64,000 nt of DNA from an uncultured Thermodesulfobacteriaceae bacterium (GTDB taxonomy: Bacteria > Desulfobacterota > Dissulfuribacteria > Dissulfuribacterales > UBA3076), in contig CAZYEJ010000006.1 in the NCBI GenBank assembly GCA_964646435.1, forward strand, positions 1,965 to 65,964. Direction: 5' to 3'. The notes below the pieces were generated by a model. The model was not told the DNA's origin. It saw only the letters and a list, made by a program, of their open reading frames with translations, and did no database searches. The position numbers and the translations under genes were made by a program. Shown one piece after another: positions 19,148-28,542 of the stretch; positions within the stretch are counted from its first letter, which is position 1; every line of letters starts with the position of its first letter.

Positions 19148-19798
19148 CTAATTAAGCCGCGCGACAAAACTCCCATCATCCTGACTGTTGAACTCTATCC
19201 AGCCCGGATCTCTGAGCATCCCCGGATTGAGTATCAGAGTACGTCCTATTCGATCTTCCCCTCTGGATTCGTGTATGTGGCCTGTGAAGCAAAAATCAGG
19301 CTGTTTTTCTTCAATGAATTTCCTGATGGCGGTGCTGCCGACGTGGACCTCACCGCCAATCATATCGGCAGCAGTGTTGAAAGGAGGAGTGTGGGATATC
19401 AGGACCTTGACCGGTGCCTGTGCCACATATTGATATGCCTTGTTGACAATGTTCCCAAGTTCTTCTTCAGAAAACTCGGTTGGGGTATTGAAGGGAGTGG
19501 GATTAGATCCTCCAACACCGAAGATTCCCAAGTCCCCCAGGACAAATCCCTTACCATGGATATTGATGCCAAGCTCATCCAGATAGTTCCCGACTGATGC
19601 CTTATCCATATTACCTGGGACAGCATATATTTTGGGATTAATGCGCCTGATGACATCAAGTACGGTTGAGGCGTCTTCTTTTCCTCCAAAATTGGTAAAA
19701 TCCCCTGTAATTATAACCAGATCCGCCTTTGAAAGCCCAGGGATCTTCTCAACGCCGGCATAGTCCATGTGGATGTCTCCAAAGGCTATAATGCGCAT
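19148..19798 (-). CDS. Calcineurin-like metallophosphoesterase
   Basis: MRIIAFGDIHMD, ITGDFTNFG, GNMD, SHTPP and GHIHE motifs. Confidence 0.85.
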   Translation of the reverse strand: MRIIAFGDIHMDYAGVEKIPGLSKADLVIITGDFTNFGGKEDASTVLDVIRRINPKIYAVPGNMDKASVGNYLDELGINIHGKGFVLGDLGIFGVGGSNPTPFNTPTEFSEEELGNIVNKAYQYVAQAPVKVLISHTPPFNTAADMIGGEVHVGSTAIRKFIEEKQPDFCFTGHIHESRGEDRIGRTLILNPGMLRDPGWIEFNSQDDGSFVARLN

Positions 19799-19812
19799 TC
19801 GTCTTTCTTCTT

Positions 19813-20079
19813 TTACCAGGAGCGCTTCTTGCGGCGGTCATCTCGTGCCCTTGCTTCGTTTACCTTTAAATTGCGTCCACCGAGGTCCTTGCCGTTAAGA
19901 GCTTTTATAGCGGCATCGGCATCGGCATTATCCATTTCGGCGAAGCAAAAACCACGCGGTCTCCCTGTATCGCGATCAGTAATCCAATTGAAGGACTCGA
20001 GAGTCCCATACTGCTCAAGCATTTCGCGAACTTCTGCTTCCGTGGTATTAAAGGGCAAATTCCCAATATAAAGTTTCAT
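19813..20079 (-). CDS. RRM (RNP-1) RNA-binding protein
   Basis: KLYIGNLPF (RNP-2) and RGFCFAEM (RNP-1). Confidence 0.9.
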   Translation of the reverse strand: MKLYIGNLPFNTTEAEVREMLEQYGTLESFNWITDRDTGRPRGFCFAEMDNADADAAIKALNGKDLGGRNLKVNEARARDDRRKKRSW

Positions 20080-20202
20080 TAATACATTCCTCTAAGAGCA
20101 ACTGCTATTCATTAATAGTCGTTTTGGATGAAACAAACTTTTAGTTTTAGTGGTTGCTCGGGTTTAAGGGTCATTATAGATAAAATTGGTTGGAAAAATA
20201 AA

Positions 20203-20237
20203 ACGAAAAAAGCGGGTCCTCGAAAGCAAACCCGCTT
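20203..20237 (-). terminator. Intrinsic terminator downstream of csp
   Basis: Minus strand reads AGCGGGTTTGCTTTCGAGGACCCGCT followed by TTTTTT. Confidence 0.7.
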
Positions 20238-20267
20238 TTCGGTGCTAATTTCCGAGTCCAACCGGCA

Positions 20268-20465
20268 CTAAGCGTGCACGTTGGACGCCTGGGGACCCTT
20301 GGGGCCCTCAACCACATCAAACTCCACTGTCTGCCCTTCTTCTAAGGACTTGAATCCACTGCCCTCAATGGCGCTGAAGTGGACGAAGACATCAGGCCCA
20401 TTCTCTTGAGAGATGAAACCGAAGCCTTTTTGATCGTTGAACCATTTTACAGTTCCTTTAGCCAT
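20268..20465 (-). CDS. Cold-shock protein (CspA family)
   Basis: [15 protein letters not shown] and VFVHFSAI motifs. Confidence 0.95.
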   Translation of the reverse strand: MAKGTVKWFNDQKGFGFISQENGPDVFVHFSAIEGSGFKSLEEGQTVEFDVVEGPKGPQASNVHA

Positions 20466-20493
20466 GCTCTTTACCTCCTTTCCTAAAAACTAT

Positions 20494-20543
20494 GGGCTCT
20501 TTCGACCCATGTGTGTTGCACTTGCCATGGGTTCGAAACGCCC
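20494..20543 (-). promoter_or_regulatory. Long hairpin in the csp 5' leader
   Basis: Minus strand GGGCGTTTCGAACCCATG...CATGGGTCGAAAGAGCCC lies immediately upstream of the AGGAAAGGAGG Shine-Dalgarno sequence. Confidence 0.45.
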
Positions 20544-20616
20544 AAACGGAAAGGATCCGCCATGCAGGTAATTTCTGATCCATACAGAGTGTCATGTTTC
20601 CTCAAGGGCTTAACCA

Positions 20617-20647
20617 CAAAAAAAAGAGGCACTATTTGTAGCCTCTT
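20617..20647 (-). terminator. Terminator-like hairpin upstream of the csp leader
   Basis: Minus strand AGAGGC-TACAAATAGT-GCCTCT followed by T8. No ORF lies upstream on that strand. Confidence 0.4.
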
Positions 20648-20830
20648 TATTTACAGATCTGCCACTTGATAGCCTTATAGACCTACATATAGCTAATTCC
20701 AGCTATACATCCGTAAAACATACGATACGAAACATTTTTTCCAGTGTCAATAAAAAAAACAGGAAGAGCCCCAACTCCGCTAATAGGAGGTGTTGAAAAC
20801 AGCCGGACGATACCCATGGGAAATTTTATG

Positions 20831-20876
20831 TTCACGACAAGTCAAAAGTAGTTTACACTTTGTTGATCTTGTATTT
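20831..20876 (-). repeat. Half copy of family R8
   Basis: TTCACGACAAGTCAAAAGTAGTTTACACTTTGTTGATCTTGTATTT is the reverse complement of 12765-12810, matching at 44 of 46 positions. Confidence 0.75.
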
Positions 20877-20883
20877 TGGCAGT

Positions 20884-20957
20884 GAAATTTGAAATTGGAA
20901 AAGATACAAGTATGTAAATACATTACCTAATTTCGAATTTCGAATTTTAAGTTTCGA
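20884..20957 (+). repeat. Hairpin repeat family R5, copy 2
   Basis: GAAATTTGAAATTGGAAAAGATACAAGTATGTAAATACATTACCTAATTTCGAATTTCGAATTTTAAGTTTCGA. Confidence 0.65.
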
Positions 20958-21052
20958 CAACGGTTCATCCTATTAAATATAATTCTCCTCGGGAAATTTA
21001 ACAAGGTGAACCCTGAACCTGTGAACGCCTATGATATATGTAGGGATAAAAA

Positions 21053-21631
21053 ATGAAAACAGAGAAAAGGAAAAAACTAAAGGAGCTATATAACCAGTAT
21101 GAAGAAGACGTGGCCGAGCTTAAAAAATCAGCGGCATGTGTAAAGGGCTGTGCTGATTGTTGTATAAACGTTGGTAATATTGATATTACAACTCTTGAAG
21201 GCATTATTATCCTTGATCGGATGGCCACGTTTGAAGAGCCACTAAAATCGGAAATAAAGGTCAGGCTGGCTCGAAACAAGATGCAGAGAGAAAACGGAGA
21301 GCTTTCTCGATGCGCCTTTCTTAAGGCGAACAAGACCTGCATGATCTACGATATCCGTCCTTTTAGCTGCAGGTGGCTCTATTCAGTCAAAAAGTGCGAT
21401 GGTGCATCGCCTACCATTCACCGCAAGGCATCAAACTCGGCTAGGCAGATAGTGAAAAAGATTCAACAGCTTGACTCCAACGGATATTCCGGGCACATCA
21501 GTTACATTCTCTTTTTGCTGGACAAGGAGGAATTCAGGAAACCCTATCTGCGTGGCAAGTTCAAACCTCAAAAGATAGCAAATTTTGGGCGAAGCCACGG
21601 GATATTAATCAATCGCTCAGTCTCGCGCTGA
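21053..21631 (+). CDS. YkgJ-family cysteine-cluster protein (CxxCxxCC)
   Basis: CVKGCADCC...RCAFLKANKTCMIYDIRPFSCR. Confidence 0.65.
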   Translation: MKTEKRKKLKELYNQYEEDVAELKKSAACVKGCADCCINVGNIDITTLEGIIILDRMATFEEPLKSEIKVRLARNKMQRENGELSRCAFLKANKTCMIYDIRPFSCRWLYSVKKCDGASPTIHRKASNSARQIVKKIQQLDSNGYSGHISYILFLLDKEEFRKPYLRGKFKPQKIANFGRSHGILINRSVSR

Positions 21632-21720
21632 AATTCAGGCCAAGGCGAGGAGGTGAAAGCAAAAGTCTCTGAAAATTTTTTAATTTTTCGCTTGACAACA
21701 AAATTTTTCCTTCTACGATG

Positions 21721-21760
21721 TGAATCGTAAGTCACTTTATTTAATATGACGTCAGATTCA
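21721..21760 (+). promoter_or_regulatory. Candidate TetR operator palindrome
   Basis: TGAATCGTAAGTCA-N12-TGACGTCAGATTCA lies between a TTGACA (21692-21697) promoter candidate and the tetR Shine-Dalgarno sequence. Confidence 0.35.
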
Positions 21761-21785
21761 TGGTGTCTGGTATGGAGGCCGAATA

Positions 21786-22406
21786 ATGCAAGAAGAGAAA
21801 CTCTCACGTCGGGAAAGAGAGAAACTAAGGCATCGTCGCCAGATGCTTGCTGCTGCGCTCGAGCTTTTTTCGGAGAAGGGATTTCATAACGTCTCAATGC
21901 ACGAGATTGCGAAAAGAGCCGAGTTTGCCATAGGTACTCTCTACAAGTTCTTCAAAAACAAGGAAGATCTCTATAAGGCCCTCATGATGGAAAAGGCGGA
22001 GGAACACCACCGGGTCCTTATTAGGGTCCTTTCCGAGGAAAACGATGTCCTTACCGTGATCGACGACTACATTGCCGCCAAGGCTCGGCTTTTCGCCCAC
22101 AACCTTGCAGCATTACGCCTTTATTTTGCAGAAACGCGCGGCGCGAGTTTCAATATCAAGGCCGGGCTTGACCAAGATATCCGCAAGCTGTATGACAAAT
22201 TCATCCTGCAACTGGCTTCTGTACTGGAAACCGGTATCCGTAAAAAGGTTTTTCGCGAGATGGATCCCTATCACATGGCCGTAGCCCTGGAGGGTCTCAC
22301 CAATGCATTTCTCTTCTGTTGTCTGGAAGACCCGGAGCAGCATCCATACGGAGCTAACATTCCGGTGATCAGGGACATGTTTCTCAAGGGAGTCCTGGCC
22401 AAATGA
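21786..22406 (+). CDS. TetR/AcrR-family transcriptional regulator
   Basis: LAAALELFSEKGFHNVSMHEIAKRAEFAIGTLYKFFKNKEDLY helix-turn-helix region. Confidence 0.9.
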   Translation: MQEEKLSRREREKLRHRRQMLAAALELFSEKGFHNVSMHEIAKRAEFAIGTLYKFFKNKEDLYKALMMEKAEEHHRVLIRVLSEENDVLTVIDDYIAAKARLFAHNLAALRLYFAETRGASFNIKAGLDQDIRKLYDKFILQLASVLETGIRKKVFREMDPYHMAVALEGLTNAFLFCCLEDPEQHPYGANIPVIRDMFLKGVLAK

Positions 22407-23539
22407 TGAAAACGAAATATTTTGTATTGTTTGCCCTTTTGCTGACATCGGTTTTTCCCTGGAGCGCGACGGCCGATCCGCCGAATCAGGGCAGCGGCGG
22501 ACCGCCGCTGGTGACGGTTGCGGCAGTCACAGAGCAGGATGTCAACCCGCCGGCGGAATACGTGGGCCATGTGGAGGCCATCCAGAGCGTGGACCTGCGG
22601 GCCCGTGTCGAGGGTTTTCTTGAACAGGTCAAGTTCAGGGAAGGAAGTGATGTCAATGCCGGAAATCTGCTCTATGTCATCGAACAGGCACCTTACCAGG
22701 CCAAGGTTGACGCGGATAGAGCCAGCGTGAACCAGGCAACGGCGACCCTTACCAGGGCCCGTCAGTATCTGCAACGGGTCAGAACTGTTCGTTCTGGAGT
22801 GGTGTCCGCAACAGACATCGACAATGCCGTGGCCGACGAACTCCACGCCAGAGCGCAGCTCCAGGAGGCCAAGGCCGATCTCGATCTATCCGAACTTGAC
22901 CTGGGATACACTATGGTCAGGGTCCCAATCAAGGGACGCATCGGGCGGACCGCTTTCACCAAAGGAAATCTGGTTGGGCCTGATTCAGGGCCTCTGGCGC
23001 AAATTGTCCAGTTGGACCCGATCCGGGTGATGTATTCCATCAGTGAAAATGACCTCTCGGCCGTCAGGGCGACGATTGGCGACTCCTCGCCGGACAAAAA
23101 GAAGTATGCCCTGATTCTCCGTATCAAACTACCCAGCGGCGAAATCCTTAAAACCGCCGGGCATGTGGATTTTGTGGATAATATAGTAGATGCCAAGACC
23201 GGCACCATTGCGATTTGGGCTATATTTGACAACCATGACGGTTTGCTGCTGCCGGGACAGTATGTCACCGCTCTGATAAGCCGGAGTCAGGGCAAACAAC
23301 TGCCGATGGTGCCGCAGGCAGCCGTCCAGGAAGACCATGATGGGCGATATGTGCTGGTTGTGGATAGCGAGAACAAGGTCATCCAGCGTCGCATCACTAC
23401 CGGGCCGGTTGTCTACACTCAATGGGCCGTCGAATCAGGGCTGGCGGCCGGAGAAATGGTCATTGTGCAGGGAGTGCAGAAAGTTCGGCCCGGACAGATT
23501 GTAAAAACCATTACCGAGGACGAACAGAACAGGATGTGA
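22403..23539 (+). CDS. RND efflux periplasmic adaptor (MFP)
   Basis: Signal peptide. GHVEAIQSVDLRARVEGFL, QAPYQA and DLGYTMVRVPIKGRIG. The start overlaps tetR by 4 nt. Confidence 0.9.
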   Translation: MMKTKYFVLFALLLTSVFPWSATADPPNQGSGGPPLVTVAAVTEQDVNPPAEYVGHVEAIQSVDLRARVEGFLEQVKFREGSDVNAGNLLYVIEQAPYQAKVDADRASVNQATATLTRARQYLQRVRTVRSGVVSATDIDNAVADELHARAQLQEAKADLDLSELDLGYTMVRVPIKGRIGRTAFTKGNLVGPDSGPLAQIVQLDPIRVMYSISENDLSAVRATIGDSSPDKKKYALILRIKLPSGEILKTAGHVDFVDNIVDAKTGTIAIWAIFDNHDGLLLPGQYVTALISRSQGKQLPMVPQAAVQEDHDGRYVLVVDSENKVIQRRITTGPVVYTQWAVESGLAAGEMVIVQGVQKVRPGQIVKTITEDEQNRM

Positions 23540-23542
23540 TGC

Positions 23543-26500
23543 ATGTTTTCCAGAATTTTTATTGAACGCCCGCGCCTGGCTGCAGTGGTGTCGATTATTA
23601 TCACCCTGGCCGGGCTGATTGCCATGCTGAACATCCCCGTGGCCCAGTATCCCCGGATCACCCCTCCTGAGATCCGGGTGACCGCGGTCTATCCGGGAGC
23701 CAACGCCCAAGTCGTGGCCGACAACATAGCCGCACCGATTGAAAAGGAAGTAAACGGCGTTGAAAACATGCTCTATATGTCCTCCACTTGTTCCAATGAC
23801 GGACGCTACGAACTGGCCGTAACCTTTGCTGTAGGCACCGATTCGGACATCGACCAGGTCAACCTTCAAAACCGGGTGCAACTCGCCACCCCCAAGCTTC
23901 CGAAAGATGTAACCGAGCAGGGGATAGATATACGTAAACGCTCTTCGGATATGCTGGCGGTGATCTGTTTCTTTTCTCCCGAAGGCACCAGGGACAAACT
24001 TTTTTTGAGCAACTATGCAAGCCGGGAAATAAAGGATGCCCTGGTACGTATTAACGGCGTAAGTGATGTCTTTATTTTCGGGGAATTCGAATACAGCATG
24101 CGTATCTGGATGGACCCGGAGCGTCTCACCTCCATGGGTATGACCGCGGATGACGTGATCACCGCCATCCGTGAGCAGAATGTCCAGGCGGCAGTTGGCT
24201 CGATCGGATCAATGCCTGCCGGTGATGACCAGCAAATTCAGTATACCTTGCGGGCCAAGGGTCGTCTTAAGGCAGTTGAAGATTTCAAAAATATTATTGT
24301 CCGCACTAACGCCAAAGGTGGTCTGGTGCGAATCAGCGACATTGCCCGTGTAGAACTTGGTGCCCGGTCTTACGGTACCAAGTCGATCCTAAACGGCGCC
24401 CCGACCCTGGGAATGGCGGTTTACAGGTCCTCAGAAGCCAATGCCCTGGATACCATGAAGGAGGTCAGGGCCAAGCTTAAACATCTTGCCCAGCGTCAAC
24501 CGAGCGATGTTCAATACCAGATCGTTTACGACACTACCAAGTATGTCTCCGCAGCCATCCATGAGATTGAGCTGACGCTGTTTATCACCTTTCTCCTTGT
24601 GGTAGGCGTAACCTTCCTTTTTTTGCAGGATTGGCGGGCCACACTCGTCCCCACCGTGGCTATTCCAGTGTCGCTGATAGGGACATTCGCTGTGCTGTTT
24701 GCCCTTGGCTTTAACGCCAATACTATTTCCCTGTTTGCCCTGATCATGACCATCGGTCTGGTGGTCGACGACGCCATTGTGGTGGTGGAAAATGCGCATC
24801 GGGTCATACATGAGACAAACCTCAGCCCAAAAGATGCAACCATCAGGGCCATGGGCCAGGTCACAGGGCCCATCATCGCCACCACCCTGGTTCTGCTGGC
24901 CGTATTTGTCCCTGTCGGATTTGTGCCGGGCATCACAGGGCAACTCTACAAACAATTTGCCATGACCTTATGCACGTCAGTGGTCATTTCTTCAATCATC
25001 GCCCTGAGCCTGAGCCCTGCGCTCTGCGCTGTCCTGCTCAGGCGGAAAAGTCCTATCCGGCGAGGGCCCTTGGCCTGGTTCAACAGGGCGCTCGATGCAT
25101 CACGTAACAGATACGTGGCCGGGTCTGCATGGCTGATAAGACGGCTGGTCGTAGTACTACTGATTTTAGTCGGTGTATTCGGCGCTTCCTACTACTTGTT
25201 TGAGACCCGTCCCACCAGCTTTTTGCCCCAAGAGGACCTGGGCGCCTTTTTTTTCGATGTTCAGCTCCCCGAGGCCTCCGCGCTGGACCGCACGGCTAAG
25301 GTTATGCAACAGATCACCAAAGAGATCAAAGGCATTAAGGGTGTCCAGGATGTCATTGGGGTAAGCGGATTCAGCCTGCTCAGCGGGAATGCTGAAAACG
25401 TTGGATTTGGTATCGGGATATTGGACACTTGGGATAAGCGCACCAGTCCGGGCTTGCAGTTGAATGCTATAGTAGGACAGGCCCACGGAAAACTGGCTGC
25501 CATCTCCTCGGCCAACAGTTTTGCTTTTGTCCCCCCGCCCATCCAGGGCCTCGGGATGACCGGCGGGTTTGACTTTCGGCTGCAGGCCCTGGGGGACCAG
25601 AGCCCCCAAGAACTTGCCGCTGCAACCCGAGCAATGGTCATAGCCGCCAACCAGGATCCGGCCCTGATGAGGGTTTTCAGTACCTATACGGCCAATACGC
25701 CTCAGATCTTCGTGAACCTTGATCGCACCAGGGCTGAAACGCTTAAGGTGCCGGTCAGCAGGGTATACGAAACCCTGCAAGCCCAGCTTGGATCAAGATA
25801 TGCAAACGATTTCAACCTCTATGGACGAGTCTATCAGGTCAAGGTCCAGGCCGATGCGCCCTACCGCGACACGGTAAAAGACATTGGCAAACTGTACGTA
25901 CGCAGCAATGAAGGCAAGATGGTGCCCATGGACAGTCTGGTAACCCTGTCCACGGTCCTGGCCCCCCAGATTGTGAACCGTTATAACCAGTTTACCAGCG
26001 TCCAGATTAGCGGTGGAGCAGCTCCTGGTTTCAGTTCCGGGGATGCCATGGCGGCGATGAAACGGGTGGCGGCCAAGACACTGCCCGAGGGATATGCCTA
26101 TGACTGGTCAGCAATGTCATTTCAGGAACGGAAAGCCATTGGCCAGGTCTCGATCCTTTTCCTCCTGGCCCTTGTCTTTGCTTATCTTTTTCTGGTGGGT
26201 CAGTATGAGAGCTGGAACATCCCGTTATCCATTATCACCTCGATCCCTGTCGCTGTTCTCGGGGCATTAGTCGGTCTGTGGATCGTAGGGCTTAACCTCA
26301 GCATCTATGCCCAGATTGGCCTGGTGCTGTTGGTGGGTCTGGCCAACAAAAACGCCATTCTTATCGTGAAATTTGCCAAAGACCGGCGGGAACAAGGGTT
26401 GCCCGTGGCCGAGGCCGCGGTGGAGGGAGCACGAATCCGCTTCCGTCCTGTTTTGATGACGGCCTTTTCCTTTATTCTGGGTGTGACGCCTCTGGTAATC

Positions 26501-26677
26501 GCCACGGGCGCAGGCGCGGGCAGCCGCCGGGCTATCGGGACCACTGTCTTCAGCGGCATGCTGGCGTCAACGCTGTTTGGTATCTTTCTGATCCCGGCGC
26601 TTTATTATGCCTTTCAGACGTTCCGTGAAAAGGGCACTGCCTGGCGCACGCGTCCGCGGGACAATAAGGAATCCTGA
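23543..26677 (+). CDS. RND multidrug efflux permease (AcrB/HAE1 family)
   Basis: MFSRIFIERPRLAAVVSIIITLAG. Length 1044 aa. GLVVDDAIVVVEN motif. Confidence 0.95.
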   Translation: MFSRIFIERPRLAAVVSIIITLAGLIAMLNIPVAQYPRITPPEIRVTAVYPGANAQVVADNIAAPIEKEVNGVENMLYMSSTCSNDGRYELAVTFAVGTDSDIDQVNLQNRVQLATPKLPKDVTEQGIDIRKRSSDMLAVICFFSPEGTRDKLFLSNYASREIKDALVRINGVSDVFIFGEFEYSMRIWMDPERLTSMGMTADDVITAIREQNVQAAVGSIGSMPAGDDQQIQYTLRAKGRLKAVEDFKNIIVRTNAKGGLVRISDIARVELGARSYGTKSILNGAPTLGMAVYRSSEANALDTMKEVRAKLKHLAQRQPSDVQYQIVYDTTKYVSAAIHEIELTLFITFLLVVGVTFLFLQDWRATLVPTVAIPVSLIGTFAVLFALGFNANTISLFALIMTIGLVVDDAIVVVENAHRVIHETNLSPKDATIRAMGQVTGPIIATTLVLLAVFVPVGFVPGITGQLYKQFAMTLCTSVVISSIIALSLSPALCAVLLRRKSPIRRGPLAWFNRALDASRNRYVAGSAWLIRRLVVVLLILVGVFGASYYLFETRPTSFLPQEDLGAFFFDVQLPEASALDRTAKVMQQITKEIKGIKGVQDVIGVSGFSLLSGNAENVGFGIGILDTWDKRTSPGLQLNAIVGQAHGKLAAISSANSFAFVPPPIQGLGMTGGFDFRLQALGDQSPQELAAATRAMVIAANQDPALMRVFSTYTANTPQIFVNLDRTRAETLKVPVSRVYETLQAQLGSRYANDFNLYGRVYQVKVQADAPYRDTVKDIGKLYVRSNEGKMVPMDSLVTLSTVLAPQIVNRYNQFTSVQISGGAAPGFSSGDAMAAMKRVAAKTLPEGYAYDWSAMSFQERKAIGQVSILFLLALVFAYLFLVGQYESWNIPLSIITSIPVAVLGALVGLWIVGLNLSIYAQIGLVLLVGLANKNAILIVKFAKDRREQGLPVAEAAVEGARIRFRPVLMTAFSFILGVTPLVIATGAGAGSRRAIGTTVFSGMLASTLFGIFLIPALYYAFQTFREKGTAWRTRPRDNKES

Positions 26678-26752
26678 CTGGATGAACAAGATTTACATGA
26701 TTCACTTTTATCCTGTTGATCCTGTCAAAAAAATGTAAATTCCTATACTATT
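26674..26752 (-). repeat. Hairpin repeat family R1, copy 2 (inverted); overlaps the RND stop codon
   Basis: The reverse complement reads AATAGTATAGGAATTTACATTTTTTTGACAGGATCAACAGGATAAAAGTGAATCATGTAAATCTTGTTCATCCAGTCAG. Confidence 0.7.
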
Positions 26753-26783
26753 TAATAAAAATGTGTTGCAAATGGAAATAACC

Positions 26784-28376
26784 ATGAGATCCATAGCGTT
26801 CAAACGACATCACTATAGGCAGGTTGGCGTGGGGGCGCGCTGTACACTGATTATCCCGGTTGCCGCGATCATCATCCTGATCTTGGCCGGATGCGCGGCC
26901 GTTGGGCCGGACTATGCCAGGTTAAAGCCCCAGGCACCAAAAGAATGGCACACCCAACTTCAGGGCGACCTGACCGCTGATCGTCTGAATCCTGAAACCA
27001 TGGCCAACTGGTGGACCACTCTCAACGACCAAGAACTATCCAGTCTGGAGGAGCGTGCCATCAAAGGCAATTTGAACCTAAAAGATGCCCGTGCCAGGGT
27101 CCGTGAAGCCAGGGCACTGCGGGGCATTGAGAAAGCGGTTTTTTTCCCCTCCCTGGATGCAAGCGGCTCGGCCTCGAAACGGCGGAGCAGCGAAAACAGC
27201 GGTACCGGAACGGAGAGCAAACTCTACCAAGCCGGTTTTGACGCAGGCTGGGAACTGGATATTTTCGGCGGTGTTCGACGCTCAGTAGAAGCGGCACAGG
27301 CAGACCTTGAAGCTGCTCAGGAAGACCTGCACGACGTGCTGGTAAGCCTGCTTGCCGAAGTAGCGCTGAACTATGTGGATACCCGGACCTATCAGGCCCG
27401 CCTGGCTGCCATCAAGGCAAATATGAAGGCCCAGCAGGATATCTATGAACTGAATCTTTTACGCTACAAAGCGGGTCTCATTGATGAACTGGCCGTCCAG
27501 CAGTCTCGCTATATTCTTGAAAGCACCCGTTCCCGGATCCCGACGCTGGAGACTGGCCTGGAAAAGGCAAAAAACAGGCTGGCCGTCCTGCTCGGCGAGA
27601 AGCCTGGCGCAATGCACAGAGAACTGGCGGAGGCAAAACCGATTCCAGTGCCTCCGGTAATGGTGGCAGTCGGAATCCCTGCGGAGACCATGCGTCATCG
27701 GCCGGATATCCGCAGAGCAGAACGTAACCTCGCGGCCCGGACGGCCAGGATCGGTGTGGCCACGGCAGATCTCTATCCCAAATTCCGTCTGGCCGGCAGC
27801 ATCGGGCTTGAATCCATTTCCAGCAGCAATTTTTGGGAATGGGCCGGACGAACATGGAGCATCGGCCCGGGCGTTTCCTGGAAAATTTTCCATGCGGGAG
27901 CCATCCGGCAGAATATCAAGGTGCAGACTGCCCGCCAGAAACAGGCCCTGGTCCAGTATGAATCAGCAGTGCTCATCGCTCTTGAGGAGGTGGAAAACGC
28001 AGTTACGGCCTATGCCAGGGAACAGCTTCGGCTGGAATCGCTGAAAGCTGCTGTATTGTCCGCGAGGCGTGCATATGAATTGTCCCGGGACCTTTATAAT
28101 GCAGGGCTCGTAGATTTCAGCGATGTTCTTGATGCAACCCGCTCCCTTCAATCTTACCAGGATGAACTGGCCGGCAGCGAAGGCACAGTAACTTCAAACC
28201 TGATTCGTCTTTACAAGGCCCTCGGCGGGGGCTGGAAATCGCTGGAACCCTCTTTAATTGTTCGAAAAAATAAGGAAGGTGACCATAATGAATCAAAAAC
28301 AAGACAGCCTTCTGGAACGTACATTGGGTATAGATCAGCCTTCGGGGTGGAAGAGGCACCTGAAGCTATGGATTAG
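26784..28376 (+). CDS. Efflux outer-membrane lipoprotein (NodT/OprM family)
   Basis: Lipobox LILAGC. Ends LYKALGGGW, then carries an unusual extension of about 45 aa. Start is ATG 26784, or the tracked 26763. Confidence 0.88.
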   Translation: MRSIAFKRHHYRQVGVGARCTLIIPVAAIIILILAGCAAVGPDYARLKPQAPKEWHTQLQGDLTADRLNPETMANWWTTLNDQELSSLEERAIKGNLNLKDARARVREARALRGIEKAVFFPSLDASGSASKRRSSENSGTGTESKLYQAGFDAGWELDIFGGVRRSVEAAQADLEAAQEDLHDVLVSLLAEVALNYVDTRTYQARLAAIKANMKAQQDIYELNLLRYKAGLIDELAVQQSRYILESTRSRIPTLETGLEKAKNRLAVLLGEKPGAMHRELAEAKPIPVPPVMVAVGIPAETMRHRPDIRRAERNLAARTARIGVATADLYPKFRLAGSIGLESISSSNFWEWAGRTWSIGPGVSWKIFHAGAIRQNIKVQTARQKQALVQYESAVLIALEEVENAVTAYAREQLRLESLKAAVLSARRAYELSRDLYNAGLVDFSDVLDATRSLQSYQDELAGSEGTVTSNLIRLYKALGGGWKSLEPSLIVRKNKEGDHNESKTRQPSGTYIGYRSAFGVEEAPEAMD

Positions 28377-28503
28377 CCTGGCCATCGTGCTGTTTATAAT
28401 AATTTTTGGTGGCATAATCATCTTAAATTCAAGAGATTCTAATGGCGCAATCCGGTATAAGAGCCAGGAAGTCAGGATAGGAGATCTCACTACAATTATC
28501 TGA
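28288..28503 (+). pseudogene. Truncated MacA/HlyD-type adaptor: N-terminal 71 codons only
   Basis: MNQKQDSLLERTL...WKRHLKLWISLAIVLFIIIFGGIIIL (TM anchor)...YKSQEVRIGDLTTII then stop. This is the anchor plus the first beta-strand motif of MacA-like adaptors. No remainder of the gene and no macB follow. Confidence 0.5.
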
Positions 28504-28542
28504 TATTCCAATGAGGATGCCCTACACAGAAGGAGAAAACCC

